64,000 bases of DNA from the human T2T-CHM13v2.0 reference genome, Homo sapiens (GCF_009914755.1 NC_060940.1); one strand, 5' to 3'. Shown: positions 33,436-49,859, numbered from the stretch's first letter. The notes: generated by a model not told the origin, from the sequence alone. Numbers and translations: made by a program.

Positions 33436-33738
33436 TTAAATGTGAAACATTCCAGGATATATGAAAGAGGTATCACTTATTCGCTGGAGTGAATTAAATC
33501 GTGATTTACCCTATACACTGAATCTACACTGACACAATGGACGTTTTTATTGTGAAGAGGGTCTGGGGTAGGACAGGCATAGGAAGATGTCTCATACTTA
33601 GGAGAGGTGATGATGAGGGGTCACTGAGAATCTCGCTGGGAAGTAGAGAAGGAGTCAAAGGATAAGAGCCACTAGGTTAATTTTACTGTTAACAATAGCG
33701 AAATTTGTCATTATTATTTTTATTTTTCATTTTTTTGA

Positions 33739-33954
<216 letters not shown>

Positions 33955-34346
33955 TGATCCACCCGCCTCGGCCTCCCAAAGTGCTGGGGTTACAGGCATG
34001 AGCCACTGCGCCCAGCCACCAAATTTATCATTTGCATATATATTCAATAGGAATATGCACTGGTAGAAATCCATGAGTTTGCAATCTTTGTTGCAAAGAT
34101 GTTTATATTTAGCAATGTATCTTAGAAGCTGATTTTAAAGTTTTGGATGGGGAAACAGAAGTCGAACTTATGGCTGTACTTGAACACAGGAATTTTAAAA
34201 GTTTTTATAAAGAGTGATACTAAAATTGGGCTGGGCTTGGTGGCTCACGCCTGTAATCCCAGCACTTTGGGAGGCTGAGGTGGGCGGATCACGAGGTCAG
34301 GAGATGGAGACCATCCTGGTTAACAGGGTGAAACCCGTCTCTACTA

Positions 34347-34574
<228 letters not shown>

Positions 34575-34903
34575 TCATATTTATGTAGGTCACACCATAT
34601 TTTTTCTGTCTCAGGAAGTTCGTGACATTGATTATTTATTTGCGCTTACCGTGAGAATCAATCCTACCATAGTAAATCAAGGTTATTTTGCTCATTTTTT
34701 TTTTTGGAGGTTTTAAATAATGCCATCTAAGTCATATGTTCACATATTGCCTTTTTTTTTTTAACACACATATTGCTTTGTAAATGACTTCTCTCTAACT
34801 GTATTTTTGGGTTTCTGGGAACTGGACTTGGCTTGTTTTTTTTTCCCTGTATTGCCCACAGTCTAGTACAGTTGTTGAAATTATCAATAAGTGATTCTAT
34901 TAA

Positions 34904-35146
<243 letters not shown>

Positions 35147-35624
35147 TGACCTCAAGTGATCTGCCCACCTCAGCCTCCCAAGGTGCTGGGATTACAGGCA
35201 TCATATTCCATTCTCTTGAGCAGTTTATTTTCTCTTAGGCACCATATCATTAAAAAGCTGGAAGTGATAAGGGAAAAATTGCATTTCCTGGTTTATAATG
35301 GATTCCATTTCCAACTTAAAGTGTGGAAAATTAACAAAAATTGAAGTTAATATTATAGGTGGTAGTGGTCTTTGGAGGAAGGACTGGGACTCATGCAGTG
35401 GGTCTGCCTTGTATGTCTGACCACAAACTTTGGGCTCCCAATTCCTTGAAACTAGTTGTCCCATATTCCTGGTCTTTGTCCTATCACCTGATAGAGCCAT
35501 GTATGTTATGTTGCTCTTGGCCTTAGATACAAACCTTTATCAGGTTTGAAGTGTTCGTGTTTTGTTTCTTTAAGTCCTAGGAAAGATGTCTTCAGTGTTC
35601 TGCTGTGCCACAGCTAGCAGCTGA

Positions 35625-35792
<168 letters not shown>

Positions 35793-36537
35793 TGAATGTA
35801 CGCAGAGGAGAGCACCGCATAAGTGCATCCACTTGACGGGTTTTTACAGGAATCACCAGACAGCCAAACCCTGGGTGTCAGTTTCACAACCTAGAGAGAG
35901 GTATCCTTTTTTTAAGAGACAGGGTCTCACTCTCTTTCCCAGGCTGGAGTGCAGTGGTGCGATCGTAGCTCAGTGCAGTCTCAGCCACCTTGTGCTCAAG
36001 CAGTCCTCCCTCCTCAGCCTCCTGAGTAGCTCTGACTAGAGGCACACACCACTACACCTGGCTAATTTTTTAAGTTTTTTGTAGAGACAGGGTCTTGCTA
36101 TGTTTAACAACCCAGGCTGATCTCAAACTCCTGGGCTCAAATGATCCTCCACCTTGACCTCTCAAAGTGTTGGGATTATAGGCATGAGCCACTGGCTGGC
36201 CTCAGGTGCCAAGATTTCTGTACTGCCTCTAATTTCTGCTACCACTTAAACTCAGGCAGGTGGAGCCTACACACTGATATTTCCTTGTGGATATCACACT
36301 TCAGAACGTGTCCGCTAGATAAAGCTCTCAAACTTACCAAGGAAAGTGATGACAGCTTGACTCGGCCTTACACAGAACCCTATGTAGGTCTCACACAATA
36401 GAACAATGTACAAATAAGCATTTTTCTTTCCCAAAGAAGCATGTAAAGATTTCCCATTCCTGCCACTCAACTTCTCTTTGTTGTGACAGGGTGGAAGAAT
36501 TACTGTATATAGAAAAGATGTCCGCAGCGTTCAGTAA

Positions 36538-36793
<256 letters not shown>

Positions 36794-37014
36794 TAGCTGG
36801 GACTACAGGCACGTGCCACTACGCCCAGCTAATTTTTGTATTTTTAGTAGAGACAGGGTTTCACCATGTTGGCCAGGATGGTCTTGATCTCTTGACCTCA
36901 TGATCCGCCCACCTCGGCCTCCCAAAGTGCTGGGATTACAGGCGTGAGTCACCACGCCGGCCTGATGGCTTTATTTAAATTCATAATATGAAACTATATG
37001 TGTTCCCTGTGTAG

Positions 37015-37268
<254 letters not shown>

Positions 37269-37734
37269 TAGCCAGGATGGTCTCAGTCTCCTGACCTCAT
37301 GATCTGCCTGCCTTGGCCTCCCAAAATGCTGGGATTACAGGCGTGAGCCACCGCACCTGGCCTCAAATATTTGTATTTTTAACCTCATTTAAAGAAATAT
37401 GTGATCAGAATGAAAGTACCAGGTCATTATGCACAAAACTTTGTCTCTAGAACCAGCTAATAATGGACTCTACTTGCCTTGTCAAATATAATTTTTTCAT
37501 GTCAACTAGACAGTCTCTAGTGTGGAAAAACATTGAGCATATTACTATAATTAGGAACTTACACATTTATTAAAACACAGGCATTTACTTTTTTTTTTTT
37601 TTTAATGGATGAAAGGTTTTTATGTTTCCCAGGTGGGCCTGGAACGCATAGCCTCACCTCCTTATGCACCAGAACAACCAGCCTGAGTCACCGTGGCTCC
37701 CAAAACACATGCATTTACTTTCATTAGAACTTCA

Positions 37735-38051
<317 letters not shown>

Positions 38052-38409
38052 TCAGGATATGGTAGTTTTGGAATTGAGAGTTTCAGATGTTTTGTGCTTG
38101 AAGCTGGTTCCCAGCCTCTCTGCCTCGGTAAGGCTTGAGGTCTTTTTCTGACTAGGTATGTATTTTTCATGGTTCCAAAACTGAAACAGAATGAAAGGAT
38201 ACATAGCCAAGTATCTTCCCCCACTTCCTACCTGACGGCAGACATATTGTCTCTCTTGTACTATATTTTGTAAGGGGTAGATGTCTAAGCTAGCAAATGA
38301 TCACTCTTCACAGGAGAGCTATGAGGAAACTAGTGAATGTGCTGTTTCAAAGCCCATTTTGGCATGTGCCAGTTAGACTGTAGGAGGCATTTTGTATATT
38401 TTTAATTGT

Positions 38410-39030
<621 letters not shown>

Positions 39031-39032
39031 AA

Positions 39033-39185
<153 letters not shown>

Positions 39186-39616
39186 TAATATATTTCCTTT
39201 GAGTAACTTCTTATTCTTTATGAAACTTACAGTTAAATCTTTAGTTCTGGTTAAAATCTTTAAAAAATATTTTTCAGCTGAATTCAGTTCTGATTCAGTT
39301 ATGATTAAAACAATTTCAACTTAAACTATAAAATGTTTCTTTTTTTGAGGTTTTATATTACTTGCTAGACTGCAGAGCCCGTTTCTTTCATCATAACATC
39401 GTTTAGATGTTTCCTGTTTAAAATCAGTGTTACAAGTTATTAAGGTATTGTACAGCAAAGCTAGTTAAAGAGAATGTAGACTCTGTGAGTGGCAGTAAGT
39501 GGCACAGGCTTAGATCTTAGAATAGTTCAGAAACTGTATTTGAACTGCTTTCTTATATTAGACAGTTTAACAGCTGTTCAGACAGTATACTAGTTTAAAA
39601 TCAGCCTAATATGTAA

Positions 39617-39979
<363 letters not shown>

Positions 39980-41665
39980 AACCAGAAAAAATGCATCTCT
40001 TCTAGAATTGTTTAAACCCTTACCAAGGAAAAAAAAGGGGTGTTACCAACTGAGATCGATCAGTTCATCCAATCACAGATCATGAAACAGTAGTGTTCCC
40101 ACCTAGGAGTGTTAGGAAGTTGTGTTTGTGTTTCAAGCAGAAAAACTGAGCTCCAAGTGAGCACATTCAGCTTTGGAAACTATATTATTTAATGTAGGCT
40201 AGCTTGTTTTCAAATTTTAAAAGTTTAAAAATAAAATACTTTGCATTCTAAGTTGCCAATAAAATAGACCTTCAAGTTATTTTAATGCTCTTTTCTCACT
40301 AATAGGAACTTGTAATTCCAGCAGTAATTTAAAGGCTTTCAGAGAGACCCTGAGTCTTCTCTTCAGGTTCACAGAACCCGCCGCCTTTTTGGGTAGAAGT
40401 TTTCTACTCAGCTAGAGAGATCTCCCTAAGAGGATCTTTAGGCCTGAGTTGTGAAGCGCAACCCCCGCAAAACGCATTTGCCATCACAGTTGGCACAAAC
40501 GCAGGGTAAACGGGCTGTGTGAGAAAACGGCCCTGACTGTAAACTGCTGAAGGTCCCTGACTCCTAAGAGAACCACACCCAAAGTCCTCACTCTTGCAGG
40601 GGTAGACATTTCTGGTTTGGTTTGTTCTCTAGATAGTTACACACATAAAGACACCACTCAAAAGGAAACTTGAATAATTTATAATTTTGATCGAGTTTCT
40701 TAAAAGACCCTGGAGAAAGAGTGGCATTTCTTCTGTTTCAGGTTTTGTCTGAGTTCAAACTAGTGCCTGTGTTGTTACGGAAAGCAGCAGTGTACCAGTG
40801 TCACTCTGGAGTACAGCGGGAGAAACACAAAATAGTATAACTGAAAACATTAACATTCAGACACACTCCCTTCTGCCTTCCGGCTTAAAGCTGTGGATGA
40901 TCCACGTTTTTGTTTTTTTAATGTTAAATGTGTAACTCAGTATTACTGAAAAGGTACCCACATTTTGAATAGTAGTTATCACTCTTAGGTCAGACAGCCA
41001 TCAGAATTCTCCCACACCAAGTGCATGTCAGTTGTGGAGAAAACATAGCAAAAAGAGCCGTACGCTCTTTACAGATACTAATGTCAAGAGTTAAACCTCC
41101 TCAGGTTCAACCTGTGATAAAAGACTAGTGCTTCCCAGTACTTGCATGGGGTTCACTATTTATAGTTTTCTTGGGAGTATCACAGGAAAATCACAATTAC
41201 ACCACTTTAGACCCTATGTGTAGCAGGTCACAACTTACCCTTGTGTGTTTAGATGTGTATGAAATACCTGTATACGTTAGTGAAAGCTGTTTACTGTAAC
41301 GGGGAAAACCAGATTCTTTGCATCTGGGCCCTCTACTGATTGTTAAAGGAGTTCCTGTCACCTGCTCCCCCCACCCCCGCATGCGTCTGTCCACTTGGCT
41401 AACTTTTAATATGTGTATTTTTACATTATGTATATTCTTAACTGGACTGTCTCGTTTAGACTGTATACATCATATCTGACATTATTGTAACTACCGTGTG
41501 ATCAGTAAGATTCCTGTAAGAAATACTGCTTTTTAAGAAAAAAAATAACATGCTGAGGGGTGACCTATATCCCATGTGAGTGGTCACTTTATTTATAGGA
41601 TCTTTAAAACATTTTTAATGAACTAAGTTGAATAAAGGCACAATTAAAAACTGTCATCAAAGCCC
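39980..41665 (+). other. MAP1LC3B: MAP1LC3B 3'UTR with proximal and distal poly(A) signals
   Basis: Alu-free AU-rich stretch; AATAAA at 40230, 40258 and 41631, ATTAAA at 41643. End approximate. Confidence 0.85.
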
Positions 41666-42733
41666 AGTTTAATGGGATTCCGTATTTGAGACTTGGATCC
41701 CACACTGTTTGTACTTTCCAAAGCCAAGCGGGTCCTTGTATTTCCAAGGAGGGGCATCCAGGCTGGTCCTCTCGTGCAGAGGGGGCACTCACGTGGATGA
41801 GCATTGCCCTCCGAGGGCCTCTGCCTTGTCAAGGGCACCCTCCACCTTGGCCAAGGCCCTGCCACCAGGTCTGGCCTTTACAAAGCCAAGTCCTCTTGAG
41901 AACTCACGTGCCACGGGCTATCAGGATGGATGCGAATTGACCTACATGTTTTGTGGGACTATAACACCCAACAACCTACTGCTGTAAACCACCCACCACC
42001 ATAAGTATTTATTAGGTATGTGTGTGTGGTCGAGAAAGTGTACCCTTGGGGGACCCAGTGGGGAGCTGCTGGCATCGTGTACAGATGCAGCACACACACA
42101 CTTCAGCACTCAGACCAGACAAAAAGTGGCCAACCTCATCATCTAGGGAACTCTGAGCCCAGCTCCCGTTTAAGTAGGCACCTAAAAGTCTGTTGAAAAA
42201 TACAAGGGAGTGACCTGAGAAAACTGCCTTCCCAGGCCAGCTGCTCAATAGAAGCGTCTGCGTCCCTTGTCCCGTCTTCGGAGCTCCCCGTGGGTGCTGT
42301 AGCCCCACTCACTTCCCTGACATCACCAGAGCACATGCTCAGTATGTTGCCACCTCCCAAATCCAGAAGGGTGTGGTCTTAGATGCCATGGAAGCGATTC
42401 TGTACAATGCCGAGTCAGTCACAGGCTGATGTGGCAGCTGGTGGATTGTGTCACTGTGTCACCCACCTCCGCAGCAGGCCTGCTCCCTCCCTGGGAAAGA
42501 GCTACTTCAGGGTAGGGCCACATTGCCAAGGTATCTTGAGATCCATTCATGCCAACTTTCATTTTCATGGAAACTCGTGAACTCGTGCTGGAACATCTTT
42601 AACCCCAAATCAGGAATTTACGTCTTTGTTATTAGCAGGGACACTTAAAAAAAAAAAAAATACAAAACTTGGCCAGGTGTGGTGGCTCACGCCTGTAATC
42701 CCAGCACTTTGGGAGGCTGAGGCGGGAGGATCA

Positions 42734-43036
<303 letters not shown>

Positions 43037-43134
43037 CTAGAAAGGATGGAACCCCTAGTTTGGAGATTCAGACTGATGTGAAAAGGTGTGTGCTTCATAT
43101 TCTGAGACAAAGACCTAGTGAAATAAAACAGCCT

Positions 43135-46100
43135 TTTTTAAAATTTTTATTTTCAGTACATTAAATTTACTCATAAAAACATTCTAAAAATGTACAATTT
43201 GTCCTTTTTAACAAAGTATAATAAAACATAAAAACCCCAAAAACAGAATACTTGACATTTACAATTCAAAATCAAATTAGCGGAATATTAAATATTTACA
43301 AAACTATATCTTTTAAAAATATTTATAAAGTTACATGCAATTTTGTAGAATTGACAAAAGAATGGCTCAAAAATGGGAGAATTTTCCTTCATTCCTAAAA
43401 AGAAAATATGTCCAATAGAAGCTGTGAAGGTATCGAGTACACAAGGTGTCCAGTTTCAGTACCAAAGCCTTCTCTTTTTGTGCACGTAAGACTCACACAT
43501 GTGATGAGGGCTTGTTACAACGCACGTGAGGCCGCGGCGGATGGCCACTGCCCCCTTCCTTGGTGAACAGTGGAGCAATGTTAACCTTTGGCCTCAACCA
43601 GCACAGTATATGGTTTTCTAGAATATTGCGAGTGTTGAGTGTTGATTAAAGATGCTTTCATTCAGACCCTTGGGACTTTTCAACAAATTCGCCTCTTCAG
43701 AACCCATGGCTTTCAGTGCCACCTGACTCATTCTTTGGAAGTCACCTGCATGCTGGAAATGGCAGCCACCCCCGCTCAGGTCGCACAGGACTCTCCTCTG
43801 GGACAGCAGTCGAGTCAAGCAGGGAGACGGCTTTCCTCACAACCTTGAAGACCATCAGTCATCATGATGTACAACGAGCAAGGCATAAAATAAAACACTG
43901 GGAAGCAGGAAGAGTGACAAGAAAATGACAGGGAGCAAGGAGGGTGCAACCCAGTTCCCATCTGGCAAGTGCCTAAAGCCCCGCTCAGCCTCTGTTCCAG
44001 CTGGGTGATGTTTAGGCAAAGTCACTACCCCGCCCCACTACTGTGCCCCAAGACAGAGTCTGTGGTATAAACTAACTGTGCTGACTTTGGGCAATAAAGG
44101 ACCTAGAATTCTAAGTACTGAATTAAAAATACAGAACCTACTAACACTACTGTATTAACAAGCTGACTCCTGTAATCTTTTGGAGATGACAGATGATACT
44201 GGTTTTTAAAATACCCAATCACATATATGCATTCAAGAAAATATTTTGTCTTTATTTTTATTACAAGTGCGCTAGCTCCCATTTCCTCAGTGCTCTTTAG
44301 CAATGAGTTTTTATGTTAAACACTTCCAACTGTCAGTATTACCATGAAATCAACATTAGAAAATAAGGTAGAAAACTGAGTGTTTTGCTTAAAAAATAAA
44401 AAAGGATTAAATAGCTGTTGTATCCAAACATCACGTTCTGCTTCCATCTCTACATTCCACTTTCCCCATTCTTGGAGATTAAAAAAACAGGGTTAGAAAC
44501 TTTAATATCTGACAGACTACAAAGGGCAAAGACGTGGCACATGGCCAGTGCCACACCTACCTGGTTGCCACAGCATTCTGAAACAGACCACACTTTCAGG
44601 AAAATGACTAAGTACTTGAAAGGGTCAGTATGTTCTGTGTTTTCAGATGAGGAAGTCTGATGACCGCAAAACGCTCTTCAGACGCGCCGACCTTGGTGGC
44701 TTTTGGAGAGATGCATCCGAGCTCGCTGCTGGCAAACTCTCAAGTCCAAGTGTGCGGCTCCCTCCGGAAAGAGGCCTCACGGATGGGTGGTTCCATTTTC
44801 TCTGCGCTGTGTAGCTCCTACTTACAGCTGACGATTCTCGACTTCGGACGGCCTCCCTGGAGATGTCACACGCCGCCCATGCACGTTCAAGACGACTGGC
44901 AGCTCCGCAGAGGCCTTCGCTGCTGGGAACACAGCCGTGACAGTGTCGGAACTCATCTACCTCAACGCTGAATGGCAGGCTCCAAGTTGAAAAGTTTCTG
45001 TTTTAATGTTTTGCTGGATTTAAGGTTAACCTCTAATACTTATCAAAATAGTTACGTGGGTAACAACAGACGCTTTCATTCCCCTATACTGACCACTAAA
45101 ACAAAAATTCCAATGTTTTTTCCTTTTGTTATGAGACGGTTTTCAACAATTTCAGTGTTGAAATAGGATTTATTTAAAATATTTCTTTGCTTAAAAAAAC
45201 CAAAAAATTTAAAAGTTTGGCTTTCAGCACATATCCAGGCCACTGTAATGGCCTTCAGAAATATTAAAATCGTAAACATCAATGAACACTCTAAGTCTTC
45301 CTTAAACGTAATATGAGAAGGTCCAGTCTAGTACTCTTTAAGGCAAAGTTGTGTCAGTTCTCATTATTTTGACATTTTGTAGTGTTTACAATTTAAGAGA
45401 TCAACGTAACATTCCCCTAAATAGCTGTTGTAATAAGCATCACCATTACTTCAACACTGTAATACTGTGTACCATGAGGAGAAGAGGTCTGTTAATTCTG
45501 CATTGCATAGAAATAAAATTCAACTAAAATAAAACTAAAAAATTCTACTAAAAGCCTGTCATAAAAAAAATGTAACAACTTTCTGCTTTAGTTTCTATGA
45601 AGTTAGGAACTGCTCTTCAAATTGAACGCTCACATCACAAGGCCTCATTCTAGGGTATTCTTCTGATTTACATCAATTTTTCATGAGGCTGATTGTCCCA
45701 TTTTAAGAATAGTCTGAATATTATAATTTTTTTTAAAATAAATATCCAACTGCAAAATCCCAACTGCAAGATTTTACCAATCAGTATTTTAACATTGAAG
45801 ACTTTAGCATTTTCGATAAGAGTATTATTTGAGCAGAAAATTCCCTTTAACCTTGAAGATTTAAGTCCGTAAATTTCAGACAAAAGGCTTTCATTTCCGT
45901 GGGTTGAAATTTAGAGATCTACAGTGAGGACTTTTATTACTACCTAACCAAAACCAGACTTGCACAGATCTCGCAGCTCTCGGGTGTGTGGCCTCTTCCA
46001 GAGTCCTACCACTTCCCACTGTTTTCCAAGTAATTTTTAACGGAATTAACTATCAATACACAGCCTAATACAAAAGAAGTTGACAGGAGAAAATTCCCAA

Positions 46101-47162
46101 TCTTTTGCTGATAAATGACAGGACTGTATCATTGTTGAAATGTCTGTCTCAGGTGTGAATCCGCTAGCGATAAGCCTCGGGGTTGGAGGTTCTTGGGGAG
46201 CCCGTGGGAGATAAAGCAACTTGCAAACTCTGCTGAGGACGTGCAGCATCCTCACAGCCACTCACAGAGCCGCGCTGTCGCCGTCCCCCCTCGAGAGGTC
46301 ATTTGTAGTGGAAGATAGGGCTCAAAGCCACTGACTGGCTGGGAAGAAAGATACTCTCAAAGCTTTGACGACTATGGATTCTCTGGGACTTGGACCCTTA
46401 GAAATTAAGTTGTTGCGAGTAAACTATTTCTATTTAATAACGTAGTTTAGATTTATTTGCAGAAAAAAATTAAAAACCTGAAACTGCTACAAGTGCTTGG
46501 AGGAGGGAAGGAAATACTAAAACCTCTGTTGCGTCCTAAGTCGAGTAGCCTCTGCTGGTGCTGACTCTTTCAATATGGATTATTGGAGTCTCTTGCACTG
46601 ACTGTTCTCAGAGGAGTTTGGCTCCCAGAACCGCAGAGATTTACATCAGGGTACATTCTTCTGTAGTGCAATCCTTAAAAATCCCAGAGATTAGTGCTAA
46701 TCACTTTAGGAACAGAACAAAACAAAGTCGACATTTTCCCTAGCCCAGGGGTGTCAGGAGTCCGGCGGGTGGAACTCCACTTGGAGAACTCCAAGCTCGG
46801 TTCTCGATTCAGACCACGTGTAGCTGCCCTGGAATTGACGTGTGAGCCTAGGAGGGCCAGTGATGGCAATGCTCTTCGGGAGACATGGCGTCTCTGCACT
46901 GCAACCAAAAGTGGAGGTGGCCGATCTCACCAGCCACAGAGATGCCCACTAGGCGAGTTCTGACACCAAGCTCCAATCTAGGGTTTTGGCAATAAATCGA
47001 GTTTGATGCATTTCTACGCTAGATTTTCTATCCAGTCTAGGAAAAGTAAAGCACCTTTGGATTAAAAAGATTAAGCTCAACAGCAACTAGACTTCTCAGT
47101 TTTGTATTTAATTTTCCTTATGTCTCCATGGCTTAATAACGTTCTGTTGCCAGAGAAAAATA
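43135..47162 (-). other. ZCCHC14: ZCCHC14 3'UTR (~4 kb)
   Basis: Alu-free region following the stop; minus-strand AATAAA at 43146-43151 and AGTAAA at 43166-43171; Pumilio-type UGUAAAUA at 43293-43300. 3' end approximate. Confidence 0.8.
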
Positions 47163-47218
47163 TCAATCTGTGGAGTCCAGACTTTCTGCTGGAGGGGCGT
47201 ATTTCAACCTAAAAGTAC
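47163..47218 (-). CDS. ZCCHC14: ZCCHC14 terminal coding exon
   Basis: Acceptor ttttcccctctctctAG|GTACT; (G)TFRLKYAPPAESLDSTD*. Confidence 0.93.
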
Positions 47219-48398
47219 CTAGAGAGAGGGGAAAAAAGAGGTCAAATTTGAATGACTGTAGAATCACCACCAACCACCAATCTGTCCAGTCATGTCCAGA
47301 GCCACTGGGCAAGATTCTGGTGCTGGAAATCTAGGCCACCCATCCTGACCGTTTCTACTCCCTTCCTGCCCCTGCAAAATGGGACCTAATTTTACAAGTT
47401 TATCAAATCTGACCGGGGTGAAATGACTCAGGAAAAGTTCACCATCTTTTTCTTTGGGAGCTTCCTCTGGGAGTCAGGCTCTGCACACGTCAGGCGGGCT
47501 GCTCTAACATGCGTCCTTTCACTGGGTGACGGCAGGTGAGCGCTGGTGAGTGCCCCGTGCCTCTGGAGATGCAGCCAGCTTTATGAAGGGAGGCACAGGC
47601 CCACCCGGGCCCGCATGGCAGAGCGCCTGTCAACCCACCTTGCCTGCAGGCCTGCTGAGTCAGCAGGCGTGTTTCTAAAAACTCTCCAGGTGAACGTGAT
47701 GTTACAGGCAGGTCTGAGAATCACAGATCTAGTGCAACCCTTAGAAGCAACTGGAAGTCTGCAGAGATCAAGTGACTTTGGCAAGGTGGCACCATGAGTT
47801 GTCAGAGTTGGGACCCACCTTCCCAGTCCCCCGTTTCCAAAACAGACAGCAAGAAGAACCCTATTACAACTACATCAGACATCCACTGGGATTTGACTAA
47901 AGGAGACAAAAAAATAGCGGAGATAAAACAGGAGGGAACGGAAGATGCAGCATGGCTGAGGGGTGACAGCGCCCCACACCCACAGCCGCGCCGGCAGGGA
48001 GGGGCAGAGGGGACAGCGAGCCCCACCCCAGAGGGTCCGGAATGCCGATGCGCCACAGCCTGAGGGCCCCAGTGTTAAGCCAGGGGGCAGCACTGAATCC
48101 CTCACACGTGCCTCTCTGGGCTCGAATCAGGACACGGCAGTCCAGGGAGGCCCTGTCCACACTGGCTAAGCACCTTCTAGAACCAGAGGCTGTCTGAAAT
48201 CATCATGGCCGTTTTAGACCCAACAGCAGTCCTTCTGGGGACCTCACGGCCTATCATGAAGATTTCCACGCGCTTTCAAAGAGCATTCGAAAAATTATTT
48301 GCTTTACAAAGAAAGAAGTTTACTCTTCATAAAAACCAAGCATTTGTGTGCACTGGTCCTGCGGGAGCCTGGTGGGCGCGGCCATGGCGCGCGCTTAC

Positions 48399-49859
48399 CT
48401 GGCCGGTTGAAGTCCATGGACGGCTGTTTGCAGTCCTGGGCGCGGTGACCAGTGGCCCCGCAGTTGTAACAAGATAGGTTCCCGCTCTTTTTGTGACTGG
48501 AACCATTGCTACTGCCCACCAGTCCTTGGGTCTGGTACACCCCTGCTGTCCCTGCCATGAAGTTCTGCATGGGTGGCACGGCAAACGTGGACTGCCCACT
48601 CAGGACAGGGTCTGGGGTCCCGCTGCTGCTGTAAGGGGCGTGCACGACGGGGAAGGTGGAGCCGCCGCCGTACTGCTGGGCGCTGACGTAGCCGCTGCTG
48701 CACATGGGACTGAAGGGCAAGAAGGGGAAGGTGAACACGGACGGACCGGAGAACGGGTGCTGGAAGTAGTTGGCGTAGCTGACAGTCAGGCCACTCGAGC
48801 CGCAGCTGCCGCTGCAGCCACAGGACGTGCACACAATGCAGCCTGGCGGGGGTGGGGCGGGCTGCGGGGGTGCCGGGGGCTGCTGATGGTGGTGGTGGTG
48901 GTGGTGGTTCGGATTCGAGGCAGGAATGTTTCCTGTGGAGCCGCCACCGCCACTGCTGCTATAGAAACTGCTTTCAGGGACGGAGGACAGCGCCGGGCTG
49001 GAGCTGGGGGCTGGGCAGCTGGGCAACGTGGCCATGTTGGCAAAGGACGTGGAGGGGTGGCTGCTGGGAGAGGCAGTGTTGCTGTTTGCACAGAAGCCAC
49101 CCTGCAGGGGGCCCATTGGCATACTGCTCATTGCAGAAAAGGCAACTTTGGTGTTGGCTGTGTACAGAGCAGTCCGGGGGTTTATTATTGCAGGGGGCAC
49201 ACTTATTTGCACATTATTAGGACAGGAAGTTTGCCCAGAAATGGCAGAATCAGCAGGAACAGATGACGACAGCAGCAGTTTGATGGGCGGACGGGCGGCG
49301 TGGAGGACTGTGCTGGGCGTCCCCGTGGCAGCCGTGCTGGTCTCCACGACCAGGGCCGGTTGCTGTGCTGTCTTCAGCACCCTGTCCAGCGTGGATGCAT
49401 GCACGACTTTGGTCCGGGGACCAAAGGAGACTGTGGGTGACATGGAGCTGCTCTCCGAAAGCCCAGAGAGGACCTGCACAGGCTGGTGGGGTGCGGACGC
49501 GGGCAGCACGTCCATCATGGCGCTGCCAAAGCTCTTGTCCACTTTCATGCTGCTTCTTGGTCCAGATCCTTTATTCCTTTCTTCTAGAGACAAAAGTGAG
49601 TGCACAGAAGACGAGAGGAGCTTCATGTCCGCGCTCCCTCTTTCCGGCTTGTGCACGGAATTCAGCATGCGGATGGGTGTGATGTGTGAGGCTGCGCTCA
49701 GCATCTGCGGGGGCAGGGGGTGGTGGCCTGATGGATTGGAGCTGGCCTCATTCTGCACAGGGAGAACCTGGGCCGTGGGTCTGGCGGAACTGGAAGTGAA
49801 GTGATTCAGCAGCATCACCGGCTTCTCCTTGTCAGAGCTCTCCAAGTGAATCTCCACAC
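48399..49859 (-). CDS. ZCCHC14: ZCCHC14 large penultimate exon (1461 nt; Ser/Pro-rich, His7, Cys cluster, CCHC zinc knuckle)
   Basis: Matches the 523-aa ORF; CYNCGATGHRAQDC (CX2CX4HX4C) at 48430-48471; acceptor tctctAG|GTGTGG, donor CAG|GTAAGC. Confidence 0.96.

Noticed and set aside
48493-49804. Two ~258-aa plus-strand ORFs
   Set aside because: Antisense shadows of the large ZCCHC14 exon.
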